Shown here piece by piece: positions 51,716 to 62,418 of a DNA stretch of 64,000 nt. Position 1 is the stretch's first letter; each line of letters begins with the position of its first letter. Origin of the DNA: Monocercomonoides exilis PA203 (Eukaryota > Protista > Preaxostyla); contig LSRY02000019.1 of the NCBI GenBank assembly GCA_001643675.2, positions 310,001 through 374,000 of the forward strand, written 5' to 3'. The notes under the pieces were generated by a model. The model made no database searches. It saw only the letters and a list, made by a program, of their open reading frames with translations, and had not been told where the DNA came from. Made by a program: the position numbers and the translations under genes.

Positions 51716-51773
51716 CATGAGTGTTTCCGACTAAACAACAACGAGAAGAAGTTCGAAGAAAGAGAAGAAAAAG

Positions 51774-54499
51774 GGCATAGGTGTAACTGCGTCCCTTTTG
51801 CAATTCTTGTTTTTAGACATTAATTTTGTGATGTTTGAAATGCAAAAATTATTTAAAAACTTTTGTATGGACCGATTTTTCGCAAAAATTTTTGTTTCTC
51901 GTGAAAAAACTATTTTAAAAAATGACCCATAAATATGAGTATTTTTTCAAAAAATAAATAAAACAAGATAATTATGAAATAAAAAGTAGATAAAATGTTA
52001 TTTATTATTATATTGTCCTATTTTAATAATAATGATTTGGGAAATAAAACATAAAAAAAAATAAATTAAAAAATTAAAATATTTTGATCAATCCCACAAT
52101 TAAATTTTTAATATCCAAAAAATAAGAAATTAGTTTCTTTCGTCAAGAATAGAACCCTCGCTTGCGAACATATAACAAATCAAATGTTTAGAAATATTAT
52201 AAAAGTGTGCACTAAATGATTATTAACATTTCATTCAATTCTTTACAATTTTTGATTATGATTTTTAGGAAGATTATTTGCATGCTGCACAAGGATATTA
52301 TTATTAAACTATGGTGCCAATGAATAAAGAAGAACAAACAAATCGTGTGAAACATTCTTTTTAATTATTAACATTGTTTTATTAAAATTTTTGATAAAAC
52401 ATGAAAAATTTTATTATCTTTCTTCCAAAGAGAGATGCGTATGAAAACAAAGCTCCTGTTAACACAGCAACAGCAAAGAAAATAGAGGAGAAATGTTTCA
52501 GGCAACGAAATGAAGAGAAAAAATGAATTTTGCATTTGTGAAGATGAAGTTAGATACAGACACAACCAGCATGAGGAATGTATTTTCATTGATTGTTACA
52601 ACATCACATCCCAGATCAATGAAAGTCAATTTCTGTTTGATCTTCGAGAGGGACATAACACTCGTAATAATGCAATTAATGGAAAAGATTATTGCGAACA
52701 CCACAGCGATACGGATTTGAATGGATTTGTAACAATTCATCAAAGTGATACGATTATTGTGAGCAGCGTGAATGGATCAAACGAAAAACAGTGTGGAACA
52801 AACACACTTCCATGTTATTCAATTGAGCATGGGCTGGTGCATCTGACTTCTGATTTCATGAGCGTGATGATTGTTGTTGAAGAGAGTGTAATAGGAAGAG
52901 ATAAATCTGAAGGAGATGGGTTTTAAAGGGGGAGAAGGAATGGAGAAAAACACATCTCTGCGGATATTGGATGAGGGATGTCAATTGGGAGGAATCGCGA
53001 GTGAAAGAGGATCATCATTTTTCATCCCTGTCTTGGAAGAAGTGAAGAGCACAACACAGGCGAGTGGGGACATGGACTTGAGCATTCGTGGGAAGCTGCT
53101 TCTTCCTCACAAATTGTCTCTGAAGATCAGCATGAAAAATGGGGATGAAGAGGAGATTGTGAGAAAAGGGATTGAAGAAGAAGGGTTTGTTTCAGAGAAT
53201 GAGATTCGCTCAGTTATTTCATGTTCAGAATTGGAGAAAGTGAGAGACGAGACAGAAGTGAGCGTGTGCATTCTGTTTGGAAAAGTTGATTCTCCTTCAT
53301 CAACTGAGTCTTTCATTCTGAAAAATGGAAGCGAAACACATTCAAGTGGAGATGAAAAACTTGTTGAGGGAGGAAAAGAAGGAAAATCATTTTGGCCGAT
53401 TGCTGTTGTTGTTTGAGTTGTTGTTTTATTGTTTGTAATCATTGTTTCTGTGATATTTGCAGTCAGATGAAGAAAACAAAAGAGAAGAACAAAGGAATTG
53501 GAGGAGATTGTGAATGACACAGTGAAAAAGAATCCGAAGGCATTTGAGGTGGTGACGATGGAGATGTCGCCTGAAGAGCAGTGGAGGAGAGCAGAGAGGG
53601 AAGCAGAGAAGAAGAATGAAGAGAGGATAAAGAAGAGAATATATGATACGAATATGCAACATTCGGAGTCGTCTGAGCATTTGTTGAGTGAGAGTGGATC
53701 AACTGAATACATTCTTGGAAAAGACTCAGACAAAATTCCTGATTGGGCATTGGAGAAAGATGAAGAAGAAGAGGAAGATACAAGAAAGAGAACACCTTCA
53801 CCTTCCATCTCTTCCACATCCACAACTGATTCAGATTCAACATTTGTTCGAGGAGAGGATCTGTGCCCAACCACCTCATCCATGTCGAATCTTGTCGATG
53901 CAATGGCCTGCTCATCTCCTCATGAGAAGCTGATTGTGGATCTGAGGGATTCGCTGTTCATGCTGTTGCATGGAAGGAATAAGACGAAGGAGATGGCAAT
54001 AGGAACTCTGAAGGAGAGGGAGCAAACAGCTGCTCAGATCCTGTTCTGGGTGGCTAATCTCGCGCTCCATTCATTTGACGAAATGAACAATACTCTTTCT
54101 TCCCTTGCCAACCTCAGTCCTCACATTGTGTTGTTTTCAGAGCACATGGTGATTGCGATTGCCATGCACTCCGACTGCTCCTCTGATGATTCAGATTCAT
54201 CCTCCATCTCATCATCAACAGTTGTGACATCTGCCAGTGGCAACGATGATGATGATGATGACTCCATTCCCTCATCGGCATTTGAAGAGGATGAGGATGC
54301 CTTCAGAAAGGAGTGCCTGAGGTGGAAGGCACCAGAGCTGCTGATGAACAAGAAGATGGGGGCAACAAAGGAGTCAGTTGCCTTTTCGATTGGGATGATG
54401 TTGTGGGATTGTTTGACCCTTCAAATCCCTATTGGAGATTATAAGGCAGAAGTGGCAGGGCAGAAGATTGTGAATGGAGAGATATCGAATATGAAAAAA
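51774..54499 (+). repeat. Left inverted arm (2,726 bp)
   Basis: Reverse complement of 57250-59988. Mirrored ORFs are identical, e.g. 52510-52926 vs 58836-59252 and 52916-53416 vs 58346-58846. Confidence 0.95.
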
Positions 54500-54758
54500 T
54501 GGTTTGAAGGACAGGCTAAAGCAGAAAGTTAAGATGAGTGTGTTATCGCATTTTGAAGACAGACTATCGCACGTGGTAATAAAGTGTGTGCTGGTTGAAG
54601 ATTTTCCTGAAGGTGCAACTGTGAAGACAATGACTGACATAATCGGGATTGCAGCAGAGTCCATTGGAAAGAGTGCATTGTCTGAGCATATTTGTGTCTT
54701 GCGCGTGAAGATGGAACAAATAAGTGAAGCAAATGTTAATGCCAATATGTGTTTGTGA
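52510..54758 (+). pseudogene. Captured fragment of a membrane receptor / pseudokinase multigene family (left arm)
   Basis: Ectodomain piece (CGTNTLPCYSIEHG), a TM segment with in-frame stops (FWPIAVVV*VVVLLFVIIVSVIFAVR*RKQK) and a kinase-like C-lobe (LRWKAPELL...VAFSIGMMLWDCLTLQIP). Frameshifts present. Confidence 0.8.
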
Positions 54759-55008
54759 AGCATGGTTTCAACAATATAATGAAACAAATGAAAATTTATA
54801 TGCTGATGGACATGCGTATGGACTTATTTATGTTTACGATTACAAGATTGTTAACTCATTTGCATCGAAATGTGTAATTCAAATTTCACAAAAAGGAGAT
54901 GAAGTTTGTTTTTATTAGAAATTCATTTACGAACACTTGCGTTAATTAGGATTTTTTTTGCAACGTGATCAAAATGTGATGTGATTGATAGTGTTGTGAA
55001 ATAAAAAT

Positions 55009-56550
55009 TCATAAATTTATTGGAGACTGTTCTGTTCCAATATTTGTTGACTTAATAAAACTTCTTAGTATTTTTCGATTAAGAATTGCATTTGTTTTAT
55101 CTTTTTCTTTTTTCTCCATTTCTTCAATCTTTCTCTCTTTTTTTTCACAAAACTTTAGGGTTTCAAACTCTAACGTTTTTAACTGTTGGCTGTCGTTGTT
55201 TTTCAGAAATCTTCCATCGCATGATCTATATCTTTTCTTTTTCTTCTTTCTTGCAGTTTTGCAATCAATGTCTGATGAAAATATATCATCTTCAGTTTCA
55301 ACTTTTGTTTCTGTTTCTTTCTCTTCTTTCTCTTCTTTCTCTTCTTTCTCTTCTTTCTCTTCTTTCTCTTCTTTCTCTTCTTTCTCTTCTTTCTCATCTT
55401 CATCATCTATTTTTCTTCTTTTTAAATTTGTTGATTCTTTTATTTCTAATATTAGCTTTAATGATCTTTTTTTCTTCAACATTTCATCAAGTTCATTTTC
55501 ATCATACATTTCATAGTTGTTTCTTTTTCTCAATTCCTCTTTCTTTAATAAATAAGAAGACAATTTAAATTTCCTTTCTTTCAGAAGAATGCTTTTCAAA
55601 CTTGCAACGCTTTCATTGTAAGAACGAAGAAAAATATCCAAACTTTTCTTGCTGATTTTTGAAAGTTCCTTTATGTATGCTGCAGGTGTGAGTCTGTTGT
55701 TGAATCGATATTGAAATTCATAAACATATTCTTTTGTCTTAATGAATGTTCTTCCTCTTTTTGGAATGTGGTTTTTCAGATGAGACCACACACTTTCGAT
55801 TGTTTGAGTGTAAACTTTAGGATTTTCAGGCTTAACAAAATTGAGAGAATGATTTACACTGTCAATGGTGAAGCCGTTTTCACTAATGCAGTTATATGCC
55901 GACCATTTGTCAGACATTATAGTTGAAGATCTTTCAATGTTCTTTTTTACAAAATACAATATGGTATCAGCTTTTCGATCTGGAAGAAATTCGACAATCA
56001 ATTTTTGTGGCTTTCCAATTTCTTTTCTCTCTACTACTCCCCATAGCCATTGCTGTTCTCTGCATCTCCCAACACCGTTCTTTCTTTTATGAATTAAAGT
56101 TTCATCTATTTCCACTATTCGATCTTTTCCTATTTTTTCCATTTCGAATGTTTCAAAATAACAGCATATTCTTCTTAACTTTTCAAATAATTTCACTACT
56201 GTTTTGTTTGATATTTTCGATTCAAAAGTGACTTCCTTAATTGAGTGTTTGTACCAAAAATGATACAACAATGATGTAAGTTTGAATGGTGAAAGATGAA
56301 ATTCCATAAAAATTGAATCATAATTCCAGCTGTAATTTTTCCCACATTTCGTGCATTTATAAGCATAGTAATCACTTTCTTTTTTTTGCATCCTTAATTC
56401 CATTGCTTTTTCGCATTTCCAGCACATTCGATTTCTTTTTATTATCCCAAATTTGGAAAGCAATTCAATAGCCAATTGATTTTTCCCATTCGATCGCATT
56501 AAAAACTCACTGAATGTTAATTCTTTTTCAAATGATTTGTTTTCAACCAT
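55009..56550 (-). CDS. Merlin/IS1595-family (ISXO2-like) DDE transposase, intact, 513 aa
   Basis: N-terminal CWKC..CTKC zinc ribbon. VEIDET, WLWGVVER, PDRKADT, TIMSDKWSAY, VNHSLNFV, TQTIESVWSHLK and YEFQYR. Charged C-terminal extension. Confidence 0.93.
   Translation of the reverse strand: MVENKSFEKELTFSEFLMRSNGKNQLAIELLSKFGIIKRNRMCWKCEKAMELRMQKKESDYYAYKCTKCGKNYSWNYDSIFMEFHLSPFKLTSLLYHFWYKHSIKEVTFESKISNKTVVKLFEKLRRICCYFETFEMEKIGKDRIVEIDETLIHKRKNGVGRCREQQWLWGVVERKEIGKPQKLIVEFLPDRKADTILYFVKKNIERSSTIMSDKWSAYNCISENGFTIDSVNHSLNFVKPENPKVYTQTIESVWSHLKNHIPKRGRTFIKTKEYVYEFQYRFNNRLTPAAYIKELSKISKKSLDIFLRSYNESVASLKSILLKERKFKLSSYLLKKEELRKRNNYEMYDENELDEMLKKKRSLKLILEIKESTNLKRRKIDDEDEKEEKEEKEEKEEKEEKEEKEEKEEKETETKVETEDDIFSSDIDCKTARKKKKKRYRSCDGRFLKNNDSQQLKTLEFETLKFCEKKERKIEEMEKKEKDKTNAILNRKILRSFIKSTNIGTEQSPINL
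55316..55395. repeat. 9-bp tandem repeat (TCTTTCTCT)n encoding (EEK)n in the transposase tail
   Basis: About 8 consecutive units read directly. Confidence 0.9.
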
Positions 56551-57104
56551 TTGTGAAATGGATTGACTTTGCTAAAGTTAAAAAATTTGAATTAATGTAT
56601 ATTAATAATGGCTCTTTTTTTTATGTTTTCGAGTGAAATATGCACTTTAATATTTTGAATTTTTAAAGAAAGAAAAACATATTTTATTTTAATATTATTT
56701 GCACAGTTTTTAATGAAGTTTCAAAATAAAACAACATTTATAAAAATACAAAAATGCAAGAAATTCAAACATTGAATTCATTCGATTTTTCAATATATGC
56801 AAAAATAAAGAGTTTGTTCTATAAAACAATTATCACAATTCAGAACAAAAAAAATTTTATTCCCTTTGAGTTAATTTGAAGTATTTATTTGCATGCAACA
56901 ATCCATGTATAAACGCATTCACACATACACATTTCATTTGTTTCAAAATTGTCTTTTCAATTTCTTTCGCTTTTGTTGTTTGTGCTGTTCCCATTGCCAA
57001 CAACGATAATATCTTTGTGCTCATCTATCAGAACACACTCCACTATTCTGCTGTTTTTTTGAGCAAAGAAATCGACTCTTTCTTCTCAAATTCCTCCCGC
57101 ATAG

Positions 57105-59252
57105 CACATCGCATTTGACACAATCTGTATTGCTGCATAGTCACGAAACTACCAAATGAATTTTTTTATCATTTCTGAAAATGATATTCTATCTGGCATC
57201 TGAACCGGTACACTTTTTTTATCATATATTTCAGTCGAAACCACTCAACTTTTTTCATATTCGATATCTCTCCATTCACAATCTTCTGCCCTGCCACTTC
57301 TGCCTTATAATCTCCAATAGGGATTTGAAGGGTCAAACAATCCCACAACATCATCCCAATCGAAAAGGCAACTGACTCCTTTGTTGCCCCCATCTTCTTG
57401 TTCATCAGCAGCTCTGGTGCCTTCCACCTCAGGCACTCCTTTCTGAAGGCATCCTCATCCTCTTCAAATGCCGATGAGGGAATGGAGTCATCATCATCAT
57501 CATCGTTGCCACTGGCAGATGTCACAACTGTTGATGATGAGATGGAGGATGAATCTGAATCATCAGAGGAGCAGTCGGAGTGCATGGCAATCGCAATCAC
57601 CATGTGCTCTGAAAACAACACAATGTGAGGACTGAGGTTGGCAAGGGAAGAAAGAGTATTGTTCATTTCATCAAATGAATGGAGAGCTCCATTCGCCACC
57701 CAGAACAGGATTTGAGCAGCTGTCTGCTCTCTTTGCTGAAGACTCCCAATCGCCATTTCTTTCTTCTCATTCCTTCCATGAAGCAGCATGAACAGCGAAT
57801 CCCTCAGATCCACAATCAGCTTCTCATGGGGGAGACGAGCAGGCCATAGCATCCACCAGATTCGACATGGATGAAGTGGTTGGACACAAATCCTCCCCTC
57901 GAACAAATGTGAAATCTGAATCAGTTGTTGATGTGGTTGAAGTGGTTGAAGTCGATGAAATGGATGGAGAAGGTGTTCTCTTCCTTATCTCTTCTTCCTC
58001 ATCTTTCTCCAATGCCCATTCAGGAATCTTGTCAGAGTCTCTTCCAAGGATGTATTCAGTCGAACCACTCTCAGATAGAAGATGCTCAGATGACTCTGAA
58101 TGTTCCATATTTGAATCATACACCCTCTTCTTTATCCTCTCTTCATTCTTCTTTTCTGCCTCTTTCTCTGCTCTTCGCCACTGCTCTTCAGGCGACATCT
58201 CCATCGTCACCACCTCAAATGCCTTCGGATTCTTTTTCACTGTGTCATTCACAATCTCCTCCAATTCCTTTGTTCTTCTCTTTTGTTTTCTTCATCTGAC
58301 TGCAAATATCACAGAAACAATGATTACAAACAATAAAACAACAACTCAAACAACAACAGCAATCGGCCAAAATGATTTTCCTTCTTTTCCTCCCTCAACA
58401 AGTTTTTCATCTCCACTTGAATGTGTTTCGCTTCCATTTTTCAGAATGAAAGACTCAGTTGATGAAGGAGAATCAACTTTTCCAAACAGAATGCACACGC
58501 TCACTTCTGTCTCGTCTCTCACTTTCTCCAATTCTGAACATGAAATAACTGAGCGAATCTCATTCTCTGAAACAAACCCTTCTTCTTCAATCCCTTTTCT
58601 CACAATCTCCTCTTCATCCCCATTTTTCATGCTGATCTTCAGAGACAATTTGTGAGGAAGAAGCAGCTTCCCACGAATGCTCAAGTCCATGTCCCCACTC
58701 GCCTGTGTTGTGCTCTTCACTTCTTCCAAGACAGGGATGAAAAATGATGATCCTCTTTCACTCGCGATTCCTCCCAATTGACATCCCTCATCCAATATCC
58801 GCAGAGATGTGTTTTTCTCCATTCCTTCTCCCCCTTTAAAACCCATCTCCTTCAGATTTATCTCTTCCTATTACACTCTCTTCAACAACAATCATCACGC
58901 TCATGAAATCAGAAGTCAGATGCACCAGCCCATGCTCAATTGAATAACATGGAAGTGTGTTTGTTCCACACTGTTTTTCGTTTGATCCATTCACGCTGCT
59001 CACAATAATCGTATCACTTTGATGAATTGTTACAAATCCATTCAAATCCGTATCGCTGTGGTGTTCGCAATAATCTTTTCCATTAATTGCATTATTACGA
59101 GTGTTATGTCCCTCTCGAAGATCAAACAGAAATTGACTTTCATTGATCTGGGATGTGATGTTGTAACAATCAATGAAAATACATTCCTCATGCTGGTTGT
59201 GTCTGTATCTAACTTCATCTTCACAAATGCAAAATTCATTTTTTCTCTTCAT
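57105..59252 (-). pseudogene. Captured fragment of the same receptor / pseudokinase family (right arm)
   Basis: Mirror of the left-arm fragment with the same stops, plus a +1 frameshift near 57830. It has a different 3' continuation beyond 57250. Confidence 0.8.
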
Positions 59253-59988
59253 TTCGTTGCCTGAAACATTTCTCCTCTATTTTCTTTGCTGTTGCTGTGT
59301 TAACAGGAGCTTTGTTTTCATACGCATCTCTCTTTGGAAGAAAGATAATAAAATTTTTCATGTTTTATCAAAAATTTTAATAAAACAATGTTAATAATTA
59401 AAAAGAATGTTTCACACGATTTGTTTGTTCTTCTTTATTCATTGGCACCATAGTTTAATAATAATATCCTTGTGCAGCATGCAAATAATCTTCCTAAAAA
59501 TCATAATCAAAAATTGTAAAGAATTGAATGAAATGTTAATAATCATTTAGTGCACACTTTTATAATATTTCTAAACATTTGATTTGTTATATGTTCGCAA
59601 GCGAGGGTTCTATTCTTGACGAAAGAAACTAATTTCTTATTTTTTGGATATTAAAAATTTAATTGTGGGATTGATCAAAATATTTTAATTTTTTAATTTA
59701 TTTTTTTTTATGTTTTATTTCCCAAATCATTATTATTAAAATAGGACAATATAATAATAAATAACATTTTATCTACTTTTTATTTCATAATTATCTTGTT
59801 TTATTTATTTTTTGAAAAAATACTCATATTTATGGGTCATTTTTTAAAATAGTTTTTTCACGAGAAACAAAAATTTTTGCGAAAAATCGGTCCATACAAA
59901 AGTTTTTAAATAATTTTTGCATTTCAAACATCACAAAATTAATGTCTAAAAACAAGAATTGCAAAAGGGACGCAGTTACACCTATGCC
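57250..59988 (-). repeat. Right inverted arm (2,739 bp)
   Basis: Reverse complement of 51774-54499. The 13-bp length difference lies wholly in the divergent patch 57670-58177. Confidence 0.95.
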
Positions 59989-59999
59989 AGAAAAAGAAT

Positions 60000-62003
60000 G
60001 GTTCGAGAAACGGCATCTGAAAAATTTGCAGAAGCTGATGATGATCATCAGTTACAACAGTACAAGGGAAAGCGATGAAGATTTATATTAGATCTTCAGA
60101 ACGCTCCATGGCCCGTTTGCCCATTCCCTGTTTTCTCTGTCGCCTTCACTCTTCCTCTCACAAGAGAATGAAGGCACAATATCCTTTGAACCATTGACGC
60201 ACTCCGGCCTTGCATCTGCACTGCCTTCTGCTTCATCTCCAGAAAAGAGCGTTATTTTACGGCAAACAAATATCAGGATTATCAAGCCGACAAAAAACGG
60301 ATCACTATTATATACTTCCTGCTTCTTCGAAATCATCGATGTCTTTTTCCTCATGAAAATCATTTTCAAAAGATCATTCATCTTCTATATCATCATTGTT
60401 TTTTTTCTTTTCACGATTTTAATCGGATCACATCCGCACCTTAACAGCATTCACTCCTTTGCACCTGACAAATCATTCGATCTCCAGCAATTATCATATT
60501 GATACTGAAACAATTGCAACAACCTGTCAAGCCGCTCTACCAAACATCCCGTGGAGCGACAACATCGATGAAAGCTGCAATAAAGACAGGGAAGAAGAAG
60601 AAGAAAGGCTAAATAGTGAAGACAGAAATTCGATCAGCGCAGAGATAGTGCAGAGTGAACAGTCGGAAGAGCCACTGATGAAGAAGTGTGAAGCTAAAGA
60701 TATGGAGCCAAAATTCAAACATAAAAATCAATTACAGAATGAATCAAAAATGAAATCGAAGAAGAAAGAAAGGGATAAATCACATGAATGAAGAAAAGGC
60801 GGTGCAGAAGGAAAAGACGAAAATGAAAAAAAAACGAGCAAGCTGTTTCTGAAAGACGATTTTGCAAGTGAAGGAGAAGCGCAAAGTGAATCGTTGTCAA
60901 ACAGCTTTTTGCTAACACAACTTATTTTAGGGTGCGATGGGTGATGGCTCTTTGGCGAGTGAAGTGGGTCATTGCAGTTCAGAACACTTTTAGATGAACT
61001 CGCATATCTCCATCTTAATCGCAGAGAATAATTAGCCTCCACTACGTAATATATAAGTTACTGTTGATTCTGAATTGTTCCAATACGTTGTTTGCATGGA
61101 ATTCACACAATTTCCTTCAGTCTGTTCGATATAAGCAGCTTCCTCCACACAACTCTCAGAGCTTCCTCCACTGTCTGTTCCTTCTTCATTCGATCAGCCT
61201 TTTCCATCGAGTCCTTTTCCATTATCGACTAAGTCTTCCTCAGTGCTTCCTCTCCCTTCATCTTTTTCTTTTCAATTGTTTTCTTTCTCTTTCTCTTCAT
61301 TTGCTTCCACTTCATTCATTTCAAATCTTATTTCAGCTCAACAAATCACTACCACACTCTTCACTCGCTGCACTTCGACTTTCTTCATTTTCCATCAACA
61401 AATCATGGTCCATCACTGAAGCTGAACAAAAACAAAGATAACAAAAAATGCAAAGAAATTTTGTTTCTTCTTCAGACCCTCCTCTATTGCAGTACACTCC
61501 CTTGACACGCAGTGAAATGCTATTTCTTCGAAGCTGGTTCCAGCACGACCATTGAAACAACTTGTGTACTTGTTCTCGTTTATCCTCCACTTCGAGTCAC
61601 AAGGCGTCAACACACTCGAAGACATTTTCTACGACATGCTTGGAGCAGAAGGCATCACACAGTGCTTTGTTCATCAGAGGGAAAAGATAATTGAGTCAAG
61701 CTGAATTCGATGAGGCTGCAGGACGCTGTTGAGAAATAGGCAAGGAAATAAATGATTGAAGACACAATTAACAATAAGCGTTTTTTGAAGAACCAGTTTG
61801 TGAAAAACACGTTTTCTCCTTCAATTACTTCGTCGTCTGCTTCTTTTTTTTTCATTATCATAACAATCACTTACACCTCATTTTGTTTCATCCGCACATG
61901 GCTCATCCTCAGTTCTCTTGAACTCATTTGTTTTTTTCTTTGACGATCCATCTGTACAACCAATTCACAACCTGTGCTGCTCAAAATATCATCGCTTTTC
62001 ATA
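60000..62003. pseudogene. Mosaic of decayed coding fragments on both strands
   Basis: Coding-like GC content and short Glu/Lys-rich ORFs broken by stops. No coherent gene model. Confidence 0.35.
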
Positions 62004-62418
62004 AAGTTATTTCTTTGAAAAAAATTCACTCAAAATTATAAAGAAGATAATAAAAATGGAATAAAAGCATAAATACAATTGTTTGAAACATTTAGATCAA
62101 AAGTGAGCCATCTGTAATCTACAGATGAAATGTTTTTGTTTGTAAATGGATGAAGTGTTTTAAAGGGGATATGATTCACTCAAAGAAAAAAAGAATTTGA
62201 GAGTGTCATCTTTCCAAAATAAGTTTTCAACAAGTATTAATGTCCAAAAAAACTTCTTTTGGTTTAAAAAAAAAATACAAGCAAAAATTTGTTGATTATG
62301 AAAAATTGAAGACTTTTTGTGAATAAAGGATTGTTACGTTTTAAAATCCAATATCAATAAATTATCTTCTATTCTGAAAATGCAACCTTTCCTATGCAAT
62401 TGCGTCTTATATCTGGAT

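Larger units (their letters stand above)
51774..59988. mobile_element. Merlin (IS1595/IS1016-type) DNA transposon, 8,215 bp, ~2.73-kb TIRs, 8-bp TSD AGAAAAAG
   Basis: AGAAAAAG|GGCATAGGTGTAACTGCGTCCCTTTTGC ... GCAAAAGGGACGCAGTTACACCTATGCC|AGAAAAAG. Arms at 51774-54499 and 57250-59988, with a central transposase ORF. Confidence 0.93.

Noticed and set aside
53414-53470. In-frame TGA codons in the TM region as selenocysteine or readthrough
   Set aside because: They are accompanied by frameshifts elsewhere in the same fragment, so pseudogene decay is the simpler explanation.
55009-56550. Bacterial IS1595 contamination or recent horizontal transfer
   Set aside because: The ORF has host-like AT content and NLS-like basic tracts, and it is embedded in host gene-family sequence with a TSD. 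This fits a eukaryotic Merlin.
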